Source: Eledone cirrhosa (Eukaryota). Taken from it: a stretch of 64,000 nt of DNA. A program made the position numbers and the translations under genes. Positions 13,780 through 26,179 of this stretch are shown in pieces (the stretch's first letter is position 1; every line of letters begins with the position of its first letter). The notes beneath the pieces are model-generated. The model was given only the letters and a program-made list of their open reading frames with translations, was not told where the DNA came from and ran no database searches. The stretch spans positions 111,910,001 to 111,974,000 of the forward strand of contig OZ024744.1 of NCBI GenBank assembly GCA_964016885.1. The letters are read 5' to 3'.

Positions 13780-14640
13780 ATTAACTTTTCAGTTGATATC
13801 CCACCAAGGGCGATCTTTATCAGGGCTGCTAAAATAAAGTACCAGTCAAGTAATGGGGTTGATATAATTGCTGGCCTTCAGTCTGAAATAGAAACCATTA
13901 TTGTTTCAGTCACGAGACTGTGTCCCCTTTACTTGATCATACGGCCCTTTATTGTCTGAGTTCAAATGCCGCCGAGGTTAACTTTGCCTTTCATCCTTAC
14001 GGGGGTCGATAAAATAAAGTACCAGTAATACACCGGGGTAATTGTTGGCCTTGTGCCTAAAGTGGAAACAATTATTTAGTGGATTGTCAGAATTGGTAGA
14101 GTTTCTGCTTTTTATGTTCTCAATTCAAATCCTGTTGAGGTCAACTTTACCTTTCATCCTTTCTGATGTTGATAAAATATAGTAGCAGTAATGTACCAGG
14201 GTCAGTATAATTGTCTTCTCCCCCTCCCACAAATTGTCGGCCTTGTGCCAGCAGTAGGGGGTCGTACACCATGCTTTTCAGCATAGAATTATGGCCCTTT
14301 ATGGTCTGATTTCAAATCCCACAGGTTCAATTTGCCTTTCATCCTTACGGGGTGGATAAAACAAAGTACCAGTAATACACCGGTATAATTGCTGGCCTTG
14401 TGCCAAAAGTAGGGACAATTATTACTACCATTATCGGGTTGGACGCCATGCTTTCTAGCATAGTTAAGTCCCTTAACGACCTGAGTTCAAAATCCCGCCG
14501 AGGTTGACTTTGCCTTTCATCCTTACGGGGTCGATAAAACAAAGTACCAGTAATACACCTGGATAATTGCTGGCCTTGTGCCAAAAGTAGAAACCATTAT
14601 TGTTTCAGTCATGAGACTGTGTCCCCTTTACTTGATCATA
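13780..14640 (+). mobile_element. Cluster of about 5 SINE family B copies/fragments
   Basis: Repeated core GAGTTCAAAT..CGCCGAGGTTGACTTTGCCTTTCATCCTTACGGGGTCGATAAAATAAAGTACCAG with tail GGCCTTGTGCCTAAAGTAGAAAC(AAT)n. The core resembles the conserved Meta/MESC SINE domain as I recall it. Confidence 0.85.
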
Positions 14641-14956
14641 CTAACACTATTTCTTATTTTATTGATCACTTATTGATGAATCACTAAATCACAGGACATA
14701 AACACAAACACAAATATACCCCTGCAACCCACAGTGATTTTTCAAAGGAAATTTGAAGAAAGTACAATAAAGTAAAGTACTCAATACATTTATAGCAAAG
14801 ATTTGTGTATGAAATACTCAGAAAATTTTTCCTTATGACTTCAAACAAACGAAACAGTTCTAGTCCTGTATAAGTAATTTCTATTTATAATTAAGAGATA
14901 TATATAGAGAGAAAAGTAAAGAAATATGATATAGCGAAGACAGGATGATTGTAGAC

Positions 14957-15860
14957 GGTGGTGGTGGTAGTGGTGGCAGTAGTGGTGGTGGTGGTGATAG
15001 TGGTGGTGGTGGTAGTAGTGGCAGTAGCGGGGGGGGGGGTGATGGTGGTAGTGGTGGTGGTGGGTAGTCGTGATGGTGGTGATAGTGGTGGCAGTAGTGG
15101 TGGTAGTGGTGATGGTGGTAGTGGTGGTGGTGGTGGTGGTGGCAGTAGTGGTGGTGGTGGTGATAGTGGTGGTGGTAGTAGTGGCAGTAGCGGGGGTGGT
15201 GGTGATGGTGGTAGTGGTGGTGGTGGTGGCAGTAGTGGTGGTGGTGGTGGTAGTAGTGACAGTAGCGGGGGGAGGGGGGGGGGGTGATGGTGGTAGTGGT
15301 GGTGGTGGTGATGGTGGTAGTGGTGGTGGTGGCAGTAGCGGGGGTGGTGGTGATGGTAGTAGTGGTGGTGGTGGTGATGGTGGTGATGGTGGTGGTGGTG
15401 GTGGTGGTGGTGACGGTGGGTGATGGTGGTGGTGATGGGTAGTCGTGATGGTGATAGTGGTAGTGGTGGCAGTAAGGGTGGTGGTGGGTAGTCGTGATGG
15501 TGGTGGTGGTAGTGGTGGTGGTAGTGGTGGCAGTAGTGGTGGTGGTGGTAGTGGTGGTGGTAGTGGTGGTGATGGTGGTGGTAGTGGTGGCAGTAGTGGT
15601 GGTGGTGGTGATGGTGGTGGGTAGTTGTGATGGTGATAGTGGTAGTGGTGGCAGTAGTGGTGGTGGTGGCGATGGTGGTGATGGTGGTGGTAGTGATGGT
15701 GGTAGTGGTGGCAGTAGTGGTGGTGGTGGTGGTGGTAGTGGCGGTGGTAGTGGTGGCAATAGTGGTGGTGATGGTGATGGTGCTGGTGGTGGTGGTGGTG
15801 GTGATGGTGGTAGGTAGTCGTGATGGTCATGGTGGTAGTGGTGGTGGTAGCGGTGGTGTT
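14957..15860. repeat. (GGT/AGT/GAT)n low-complexity tract
   Basis: Direct reading. Confidence 0.95.
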
Positions 15861-16098
15861 GAAAAATGTATAGTGTTTTCACAGTATTTACCTTCTGTTG
15901 TTTTTAATGTATATATATATATATTTTTCGTAGGTCCTTAAGTACCAGCTTGTTCTCTCTAAAACATTGAACATGTTGGTCCTCAGATCTAATGAAACAT
16001 GCATACCTGGTATGCCACCATTATATTTAAACTCACCCCATGGACATGAATTGCTGTACCTTCGATCTCTTCACTGACCTAATACTACTGTGTGTGTG

Positions 16099-16162
<64 letters not shown>

Positions 16163-16164
16163 GA

Positions 16165-16424
16165 AACAAGATGGCATAGGACAGAACAAAGGAGAGGCAC
16201 AAAAACAAAGAAAAGAATCCCCAGTCACTGAAGAGGTCACAGAATGTGTGACGAAAGAACTTTGACAATATATAAACAACCATCTGGTTGTGGAACCAAC
16301 CAACCAACCAACCAACCAACCGGAAATTTATAAATTCCTAAATTTATAAATTTATTATGATAAATTGAAGTGAAAGCAACTGGTGCATGTGTTTCTTATT
16401 GGCAACATGACCCTCCCAAAGTAT

Positions 16425-16430
<6 letters not shown>
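16165..16430 (+). mobile_element. Solo 3' terminus of the same PLE family as 215-3050, with a hammerhead at 16224-16266
   Basis: gtca CTGAAGA g-gtcaca-gaatg-tgtgac GAAA gaac TT tgac. Ends in tgaccctcccaaagtataacaat-(AT)n, like the reverse complement of 216-238. Confidence 0.75.
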
Positions 16431-16504
<74 letters not shown>

Positions 16505-16561
16505 AAGAATGTAATTTTGAACATAAATCTTATTAGAAATTTTTAGATGAGGAATTGCCAA

Positions 16562-16945
16562 TTCCAGCATAGTTACGTCCCTTTACGATCTGAGTTCAAA
16601 TCCCGCCGAGGTTGACTTTGCCTTTCATCCTTACGGGGTCGATAAAATAAAGTACCAGTAATGCACTGAGTAATTGCTAGCCTTGTGCCTAAAGTAGAAA
16701 CAATTATTATAATTTGCAGGGCTGTGGATTTGTAGAATCAGTAGAGCACCCAACAAAAATGTTTCGTAGTATTTTGTTTTGGCTCTTTACATTCTGACTT
16801 TAGATCCTGCTGAGGTCAACTTTGCCTTTCATCCTTCCAAGGTCAATAAAGTACCAGTCAAGTACTGGGGTCAATTTAATCATCTTCTCCCTACCCCTTC
16901 CCCATAAAATAATTACTGGCTTTGTGTCTAAATTAGAAATCATTA
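16562..16945 (+). mobile_element. Two SINE family B copies (one young, one old)
   Basis: Same core and tail as 13780-14640. Confidence 0.8.
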
Positions 16946-17310
16946 TTGTATCATCAATGCTAACGAGAACATCAGGTAAAACAACATGTGGGGATTATTG
17001 TATCATGAATGCTAACGAGAACATCAGGTAAAACAACATGTGGGGATTATTGTATCATGAATGCTAACGAGAACATCAGGTAAAACAACATGTGGGGATT
17101 ATTGTATCATGAATGCTAACGAGAACATCAGGTAAAACAACATGTGGGGATTATTGTATCATGAATGCTAACGAGAACATCAGGTAAAACAACATGTGGG
17201 GATTATTGTATCATGAATGCTAACGAGAACATCAGGTAAAACAACATGTGGGGATTATTGTATAATGAATGCCAATGAGAACATCAGGTAAAACAACATG
17301 TGGGAATTAT
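16942..17310. repeat. 52-bp tandem array, about 7 copies
   Basis: Unit GAATGCTAACGAGAACATCAGGTAAAACAACATGTGGGGATTATTGTATCAT. Confidence 0.97.
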
Positions 17311-17466
17311 AACTGACCCTTTTACATTTTATGTTTTCAATTTTACTGAATTCAACCTTGTCTTTCATCCTTCTGTAGTCAGTAAAATAAAGTACTGAAG
17401 ACAACATAACTGACTAACTCCTTCCCTCACACATTACATTTCCCAGTCAAGTTACCATGTTAGAAA

Positions 17467-20400
17467 TGTGGACGCTAGTGCCAATGTGGACCTGTGCCAA
17501 TGTGGACCTGTGCCAATGTGGACCTGTGCCAATGTAGACCTGTAAGCCAATGTGGACCTGTGCCAATGTGGATATGTGAGCCAATGTGGACCTGTGAGCC
17601 AATGTGGACCTGTGAGCCAATGTGGACCTGTGCCAATGTGGACCTGTGCCAATGTGGACCTGTGCCAATGTGGCCCTGTGCCAATGTGGACCTGTGCCAA
17701 TGTGGACCTGTAAGCCAATGTGGACCTGTGCCAATGTGGACATGTGAGCCAATGTGGACCTGTGAGCTAATGTGGACCTGTGAGCCAATGTGGACCTGTG
17801 CCAATGTGGACCTGTGAGCCAATGTGGACCTGTGAGCCAATGTGGACCTGTGCCAATGTGGACCTGTGCCAATGTGGACCTGTGCCAATGTGGACCTGTG
17901 AGCCAATGTGGACCTGTGCCAATGTGGAACTGTGCCAATGTGGACCTGTGCCAATGTGGACCTGTGCCAATGTGGACCTGTGCCAATGTGGACCTGTGCC
18001 AATGGGGACCTGTGCCAATGTGGACCTGTGAGCCAATGTGGACCTGTGAGCCAATGTGGACCTGTGCCAATGTGGACATGTGCCAATGTGGACCTGTGCC
18101 AATGTGGACCTGTGCCAATGTGGACATGTGAGCCAATGTGGACCTGTGAGCTAATGTGGACCTGTGAGCCAATGTGGACCTGTGCCAATGTGGACCTGTG
18201 AGCCAATGTGGACCTGTGCCAATGTGGACCTGTGAGCCAATGTGGACCTGTGCCAATGTGGACCTGTGCCAATGTGGACCTGTGCCAATGTGGACCTGTG
18301 AGCCAATGTGGACCTGTGCCAATGTGGACCTGTGCCAATGTGGAACTGTGCCAATGTGGACCTGTGCCAATGTGGACCTGTGCCAATGTGGACCTGTGAG
18401 CCAATGTGGACCTGTGAGCCAATGTGGACCTGTGCCAATGTGGACATGTGAGCCAATGTGGACCTGTGAGCCAATGTGGACCTGTGCCAATGTGGACCTG
18501 TGAGCCAATGTGGACCTGTGCCAATGTGGACCTGTGAGCCAATGTGGACGTGTGAGCCAATGTGGACCTGTGCCAATGTGGACCTGTGAGCCAATGTGGA
18601 ACTGTGCCAATGTGGACCTGTGAGCCAATGTGGAACTGTGCCAATGTGGACCTGTGCCAATGTGGACCTGTGAGCCAATGTGGACCTGTGAGCCAATGTG
18701 GACCTGTGAGCCAATGTGGACCTGTGCCAATGTGGACCTGTGAGCCAATGTAGACCTGTGCCAATGTGGACCTGTGAGCCAATGTGGAACTGTGCCAATG
18801 TGGACCTGTGCCAATGTGGACCTGTGAGCCAATGTGGACCTGTGCCAATGTGGACCTGTGAGCCAATGTGGACCTGTGCCAATGTGGACCTGTGAGCCAA
18901 TGTGGACCTGTGCCAATGTGGACCTGTGCCAATGTGGAACTGTGCCAATGTGGACCTGTGAGCCAATGTGGACCTGTGAGCCAATGTGGACCTGTGCCAA
19001 TGTGGACCTGTGAGCCAATGTGGAACTGTGCCAATGTGGACCTGTGAGCCAATGTGGACCTGTGCCAATGTGGACCTGTGAGCCAATGTGGACCTGTGCC
19101 AATGTGGACCTGTGCCAATGTGGACCTGTGCCAATGTGGACCTGTGCCAATGTAGACCTGTAAGCCAATGTGGACCTGTGCCAATGTGGATATGTGAGCC
19201 AATGTGGACCTGTGAGCCAATGTGGACCTGTGAGCCAATGTGGACCTGTGCCAATGTGGACCTGTGCCAATGTGGACCTGTGCCAATGTGGCCCTGTGCC
19301 AATGTGGACCTGTGCCAATGTGGACCTGTAAGCCAATGTGGACCTGTGCCAATGTGGACATGTGAGCCAATGTGGACCTGTGAGCTAATGTGGACCTGTG
19401 AGCCAATGTGGACCTGTGCCAATGTGGACCTGTGAGCCAATGTGGACCTGTGAGCCAATGTGGACCTGTGCCAATGTGGACCTGTGCCAATGTGGACCTG
19501 TGCCAATGTGGACCTGTGAGCCAATGTGGACCTGTGCCAATGTGGAACTGTGCCAATGTGGACCTGTGCCAATGTGGACCTGTGCCAATGTGGACCTGTG
19601 CCAATGTGGACCTGTGCCAATGGGGACCTGTGCCAATGTGGACCTGTGAGCCAATGTGGACCTGTGAGCCAATGTGGACCTGTGCCAATGTGGACATGTG
19701 CCAATGTGGACCTGTGCCAATGTGGACCTGTGCCAATGTGGACATGTGAGCCAATGTGGACCTGTGAGCTAATGTGGACCTGTGAGCCAATGTGGACCTG
19801 TGCCAATGTGGACCTGTGAGCCAATGTGGACCTGTGCCAATGTGGACCTGTGAGCCAATGTGGACCTGTGCCAATGTGGACCTGTGCCAATGTGGACCTG
19901 TGCCAATGTGGACCTGTGAGCCAATGTGGACCTGTGCCAATGTGGACCTGTGCCAATGTGGAACTGTGCCAATGTGGACCTGTGCCAATGTGGACCTGTG
20001 CCAATGTGGACCTGTGAGCCAATGTGGACCTGTGAGCCAATGTGGACCTGTGCCAATGTGGACATGTGAGCCAATGTGGACCTGTGAGCCAATGTGGACC
20101 TGTGCCAATGTGGACCTGTGAGCCAATGTGGACCTGTGCCAATGTGGACCTGTGAGCCAATGTGGACGTGTGAGCCAATGTGGACCTGTGCCAATGTGGA
20201 CCTGTGAGCCAATGTGGAACTGTGCCAATGTGGACCTGTGAGCCAATGTGGAACTGTGCCAATGTGGACCTGTGCCAATGTGGACCTGTGAGCCAATGTG
20301 GACCTGTGAGCCAATGTGGACCTGTGAGCCAATGTGGACCTGTGCCAATGTGGACCTGTGAGCCAATGTAGACCTGTGCCAATGTGGACCTGTGAGCCAA

Positions 20401-22402
20401 TGTGGAACTGTGCCAATGTGGACCTGTGCCAATGTGGACCTGTGAGCCAATGTGGACCTGTGCCAATGTGGACCTGTGAGCCAATGTGGACCTGTGCCAA
20501 TGTGGACCTGTGAGCCAATGTGGACCTGTGCCAATGTGGACCTGTGCCAATGTGGAACTGTGCCAATGTGGACCTGTGAGCCAATGTGGACCTGTGAGCC
20601 AATGTGGACCTGTGCCAATGTGGACCTGTGAGCCAATGTGGAACTGTGCCAATGTGGACCTGTGAGCCAATGTGGACCTGTGCCAATGTGGACCTGTGAG
20701 CCAATGTGGACCTGTGCCAATGTGGACCTGTGCCAATGTGGAACTGTGCAAATGTGGACCTGTGCCAATGTGGACCTGTGCCAATGTGGACCTGTGCCAA
20801 TGTGGACCTGTGCCAATGTGGACCTGTGCCAATGTGAACCTGTGCCAATGTGGACCTGTGAGCCAATGTGGAACTGTGCCAATGTGGACCTGTGAGCTAA
20901 TGTGGACCTGTGAGCCAATGTGGACCTGTGCCAATGTGGACCTGTGAGCCAATGTGGACCTGTGCCAATGTGGACCTGTGAGCCAATGTGGAACTGTGCC
21001 AATGTGGACCTGTGCCAATGTGGACCTGTGAGCCAATGTGGACCTGTGCCAATGTGGACCTGTGAGCCAATGTGGACCTGTGCCAATGTGGACCTGTGCC
21101 AATGTGGAACTGTGCCAATGTGGACGCTAGTGCCAATGTGGACCTGTGCCAATGTGGACCTGTGCCAATGTGGACCTGTGCCAATGTGGACCTGTGCCAA
21201 TGTGGACCTGTGCCAATGTGGACCTGTGCCAATGTGGACCTGTGAGCCAATGTGGAACTGTGCCAATGTGGACCTGTGAGCTAATGTGGACCTGTGAGCC
21301 AATGTGGACCTGTGCCAATGTGGACCTGTGAGCCAATGTGGACCTGTGCCAATGTGGACCTGTGAGCCAATGTGGAACTGTACCAATGTGGACCTGTGCC
21401 AATGTGGACCTGTGAGCCAATGTGGACCTGTGCCAATGTGGACCTGTGAGCCAATGTGGACCTGTGCCAATGTGGACCTGTGCCAATGTGGACCTGTGAG
21501 CCAATGTGGACCTGTGAACCAATGTGGACCTGTGCCAATGTGGACCTGTGAACCAATGTGGACCTGTGAGCCAATGTGGACCTGTGCCAATGTGGACCTG
21601 TGAACCAATGTGGACCTGTGCCAATGTGGAACTGTGCCAATGTGGACCTGAGCCAATGTGGACCTGTGCCAATGTGGACCTGTGCCAATGTGGACCTGTG
21701 CCAATGTGGACCTGTGCCAATGTGGACCTGAGCCAATGTGGACCTGTGCCAATGTGGACCTGTGCCAATGTGGACCTGTGCCAATGTGGACATGTGAGCC
21801 AATGTGGACCTGTGAGCCAATGTGGACCTGTGCCAATGTGGACCTGTGCCAATGTGGAACTGTGCCAATGTGGACCTGTGAGCCAATGTGGACCTGTGCC
21901 AATGTGGACCTGTGCCAATGTGGACCTGTGAGCCAATGTGGACCTGTACCAATGTGGACCTGTGAGCCAATGTGGACCTGTGCCAATGTGGACCTGTGCC
22001 AATGTGGACCTGTGAGCTAATGTGGACCTGTGCCAATGTGGCCCTGTGCCAATGTGGACCTGTGAACCAATGTGGACCTGTGCCAATGTGGACCTGTGCC
22101 AATGTGGACCTGTGCCAATGTGGACCTGTGCCAATGTGGACCTGTGCCAATGTGGACCTATCCAATGTGGACCTGTGCCAATGTGGACATGTGAGCCAAT
22201 GTGGACCTGTGCCAATGTGGACCTGTGAGCCAATGTGGACCTGTGCCAATGTGGACCTGTGAGCCAATGTGGACCTGTGCCAATGTGGACCTGTGAGCCA
22301 ATGTGGACCTGTGCCAATGTGGACCTGTGAGCCAATGTGGACCTGTGCCAATGTGGAACTGTGCCAATGTGGACCAGAGCCAATGTGGACCTGTGAGCTA
22401 AT
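17467..22402. repeat. 4.9-kb minisatellite of interspersed 16-bp (CCAATGTGGACCTGTG) and 18-bp (CCAATGTGGACCTGTGAG) units with a 1618-bp higher-order duplication
   Basis: Rare variants recur exactly 1618 bp apart (17531/19149, 18001/19619, 18546/20164). Confidence 0.98.
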
Positions 22403-22589
22403 GAAAATGAGCCAATTCATTATCATTGGCACAGGTTGACCAAGTTGGTCCTCAGGGCTAACGAAACACATGTACTTGGCATGTGGTCGTTGTAGCAACT
22501 GACCTTAATAATTATATTTATCCTTGTCCTAAAGACTTGAGTTGCTGTCTACCTTGGCTATCTTTACCAACAACAGTTGGATTTTTACA

Positions 22590-22620
<31 letters not shown>

Positions 22621-22704
22621 CAACCATCATCATCATCATCACCGTTTTACGTCCGTTCTTCCACGCTAGCATGGGTTAGACAGGTTGTCCTGTTGTGGGC
22701 AGTG

Positions 22705-23048
22705 TCCGGTGCCTCAAATAAGCCCTAAAAAGCTGAAACAATGAAGTTTTTCACCTAATGCGGGCCCTAGGCCATAAAAAAGTTGGATTATCTTTGCTCA
22801 CGGTATGAAGAAGAGACTGACTAATACATAGTTACAATTTCAAGGAAATCGGTCTGACGTAACGCCTAAAAAAACCCCTAAAGTGCTTAAAAAACGGAGT
22901 TTTTCACCGAATGTTGGCCCTAGAGGATCAAAAAGTCGAATTTTATGTGCATAACACTCCCTGAAACATAAGGAATACACATGTAAAGTTTGAAAAACAT
23001 CGGTTAGCTACTTCTCGAGTTTTAGGGATTCAAACTTACAGACACACA

Positions 23049-23100
<52 letters not shown>

Positions 23101-23122
23101 TCCTCAGTTTTATATATATAGA
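22705..23122 (-). mobile_element. Non-autonomous Helitron-like 5' fragment
   Basis: Minus strand begins a|TCTATATATATAAAACTGAGGATGTCTG(TG)n, then ccgatgtttttcaaacttt and internal subrepeats. This is the same 5' architecture as 24449-25266. Confidence 0.65.
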
Positions 23123-23539
23123 TAATATTTGATTTGTTTGCAATTATGCAAACATCCTCATTTTTAAAGCCATGTCAGTAGAATAAACCCCTCATTCTTG
23201 CTCTTGTCTTGGCATGTAAAGACAACTGCAAACACTATTGTTTCTGGGTATCACCCTTCATCAGTACAGCTCATTGTTCACCTGCCAACTGTCAGAGCTA
23301 GTGAAAATATATGATATTTTCTAAAATACACAGAGACTGATTGACATGATTTGCATATTAGCAGATTGGCTGATCAGTCAGATCTGCATATTAGCAGATC
23401 CACTGATCAGCCAGATTTGCATATCAGCAGACTGGCCAGTCAGTTTCCTGTATACGAGCGATCAATGGCTGGCTTTGCCATATTCAAATAAATAAAAAAA
23501 AATTTTTTTAATTATCGCTCTACATGGCTGAATGCAATC

Positions 23540-23882
23540 ATCATCATCATTTCATTTTACGTCCGCTTTTTCCCTGCTTGCAAGGGTGGGACAGGAACTG
23601 ATTCTGGCTTGATTTTTACAGCTGGATGTCCTTCCTAACACCAACCTCATTTACAGTGAGTGCTGGGTGCTTTTTTTTTGCCGTGGCACCTCCACGACCA
23701 CTTTGCAGTGGAATGATAGGGACTCCTGTCCCTATCATCTCATTTCTACAGCTGAGTAAACTGGAGCAATGTGAAATAAAGTGTCTTGCTCAGGGACACA
23801 ACACATCACCCGGTCTGAGAATTGAACTCACAACCTTTCGATTGCAAGGCCAATGCTCTAACCACTAAGCCATGTGCCTCCA
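23540..23882 (-). mobile_element. SINE family A, full length (tRNA-like head, central domain, RTE-derived tail)
   Basis: Head has A box TGGCTTAGTGG and B box GTTCAATTC. Central TGAGCAAGACACTTTATTTCAC domain. The tail is shared with RTE LINEs in this window and ends in (GAT)n. Confidence 0.9.
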
Positions 23883-24448
23883 TTATAAATAATATATATA
23901 ATCAAATTCAATTATCTGTTTTTGTATCAAACTGCCTGAAAGCTCTCCTGGTCCTGTATTAAAAAAAAACTATTTGTTTTAATGTGCATTTTTTTTTAAA
24001 TAAAAAAACCTAAATACTTAACTGTTTGGAAGATTATTGGATGGACTGTAATAGTGTTTCAAAAGCTAGCCATGTTACACACTGTGACACAGTGTGTAAC
24101 AAGGCTAGCTTTGTCACATTGTGTAACCTCCCTGAGTACATGTCACTTATACTATAATACAAGATGAATTGTATGGAGATGCCATTACAACAACACCAAA
24201 TTGGCAGGCTATCTCACAATCAAATCAGTCCTCTATTTTCTATCCTCTATTCTCTGTTTATGTTTATGTTTGCCGTAATCCTGTTCTCTTATATAACTAA
24301 TTCTGCAATTAACACCTGATGTGTTTTCACTGAATATTAACGGCCTTCTGTTGTTTTCACTGAATACTTCACTCCATTCCTGCATCATCTTTAATAACCA
24401 AAATCACCAGTTCTACCCATCAGTAAACAATGCTACATAATTGGTATA

Positions 24449-24469
24449 TCTGTATATATATAACATTAA

Positions 24470-24503
<34 letters not shown>

Positions 24504-25266
24504 TCTGTGTATTACCTATAGGGGCCTACATCTTACGGCCGATTTTCATGAAACTTTACAGGCTCATAGATTAGTCATCGGAGAGTGTTTTCTATAATTC
24601 AGCGTATCGTTTTTTTTTTATTCCGGCGTCATTCTGCAGATAAATATCGATGGGGGGGGGGGGGGGGGGGGCACCTTTTTTTAGGTATTGAAAAATAAAT
24701 TTTTTGGCTCGAGCTCCCACATTTTGCCACCGAATTCGTTCAAATTTTAAAGCAAAATAGAATTTACCCTTGCACATCCTGTAATGGCTTTTTATTTTGC
24801 ATTTGTTGTTCAGGGACGGTGTGGCAGCCGCTTAAATATTCAAAAATACCACTTTTATACTCAAATTTCCACTTTTTCGGCTCTAGCTCCCACATTAATC
24901 AACCTACTTTGTTCAAATTTTACACTACGCTAGATCTGATTATTTCACGTCTTAAAGTGGCTTTATATTTTGGATTATTTGTTCAGGAACGGCGTAGCAG
25001 CCGCTTAAATATTCGAAAATACCACCTTTTCAGCTCTAGCTCCCACATTTTTCAACCGATTTCGTTCAAATTCGAAACTCCCTCCCCCAGCATGCCCCTT
25101 CGTCAGTCACCCGTGTTTTTCTCAGTGGTAGAGGTCATCACCACCCTCCCTCGCATGGCCTGTGTGTGGCCATAGTTGAGTCATCGAGAAGCAGTCGCTA
25201 AGATCAACACCTTTTCATCAAAGCAGATATTTTATCTACCCAGGCAATGCTGGGTACAGCTGCTAG
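24449..25266 (+). mobile_element. Complete non-autonomous Helitron
   Basis: 5' a|TC start followed by (TG)n, internal subrepeats, 3' hairpin tacccag-gcaatg-ctgggta (25237-25256), then CTAG|t. No TSD. Confidence 0.85.
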
Positions 25267-25467
25267 TATATATATATATATATATACTGCTAATAGGGAA
25301 AACAGACATTAAATAATGATGATGATGATATGTGTGTGTCTAGGTCCGTTCATGTCAGTGTTTGTGTCTGTAGCAGTTTACGGGGTAAATATGAATCCAA
25401 AGGCACAATCTTCAGTGATATGACAGTAATACTCCAACAACAACAACAACAACATCAATGATGGTAA

Positions 25468-25995
25468 TAATTGTTTCTACTTTAGGCACAAGACCAGCAA
25501 ATTACCCAGTACATTACTGGTACTTTATTTTATCGACCCCGTAAGGATGAAAGGCAAAGTTAACCTCGGCGGGATTTGAACTTAGATCATAAAGGGACGT
25601 AACTCTATGCTTCAAAGCATGGCGTCCGACTCTCTACCGATACTGCCAATCCACCGCCCTAATCAATGATGATAATAATAATAATTGTTTCTACTTTTTG
25701 GCAACAAGGCCGACAAATATCCAGTGCATTACTGGTACTTTATTTTATCGACCCCGTAAGGATGAAAGGCAAAGTCAACCTCGGCGGGATTTGAACTCAG
25801 ATCGTAAAGGGCCGTAACTCTATGCTGCAATGTATGGCATCCGACTCTCTACCGATACTGCCAATCCACCGCCCTTGATAAAAATAATAATTGTTTCTAC
25901 TTTAGGCACAAGGCCAGCAAATACCCAGTGCATTACTGGTACTTTATTTTATCGACCCCGTAAGGATGAAAGGCAAAGTCAACTTCGGCGGGATT
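25468..25995 (-). mobile_element. Three tandem SINE family B copies
   Basis: Reverse complement of the family B core and tail at about 25468-25660, 25683-25875 and 25888-25995, separated by (AAT)n. Confidence 0.88.
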
Positions 25996-26179
25996 AAAAA
26001 TAATAATAATAATCTTTAATTAATATTGGACCACTCCTTCTCCTATTCCCTCCCTCCTCTTCCTCTACAAAACTGACCAACATGGCTGAACTCATCACTT
26101 CTTTCTAATTATCATTTTTAATTAACACTGAAATAAATAAGATGATTATTTTGTAAATCAAGTCAGTGTGTAATGTCTA

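Noticed and set aside
22392-22480. Hammerhead-like relic at the right edge of the minisatellite (CTAATGA ... GAAA cacatg TA), related to 15976-16014
   Set aside because: The core is mutated and the stems are weak, so it is too degenerate to call.
17447-22498. ORFs of up to 1503 aa and Cys-rich plus-strand ORFs
   Set aside because: They are translations of a 16/18-bp minisatellite. The 16-bp unit is not a codon multiple and all minus frames give the same peptides.
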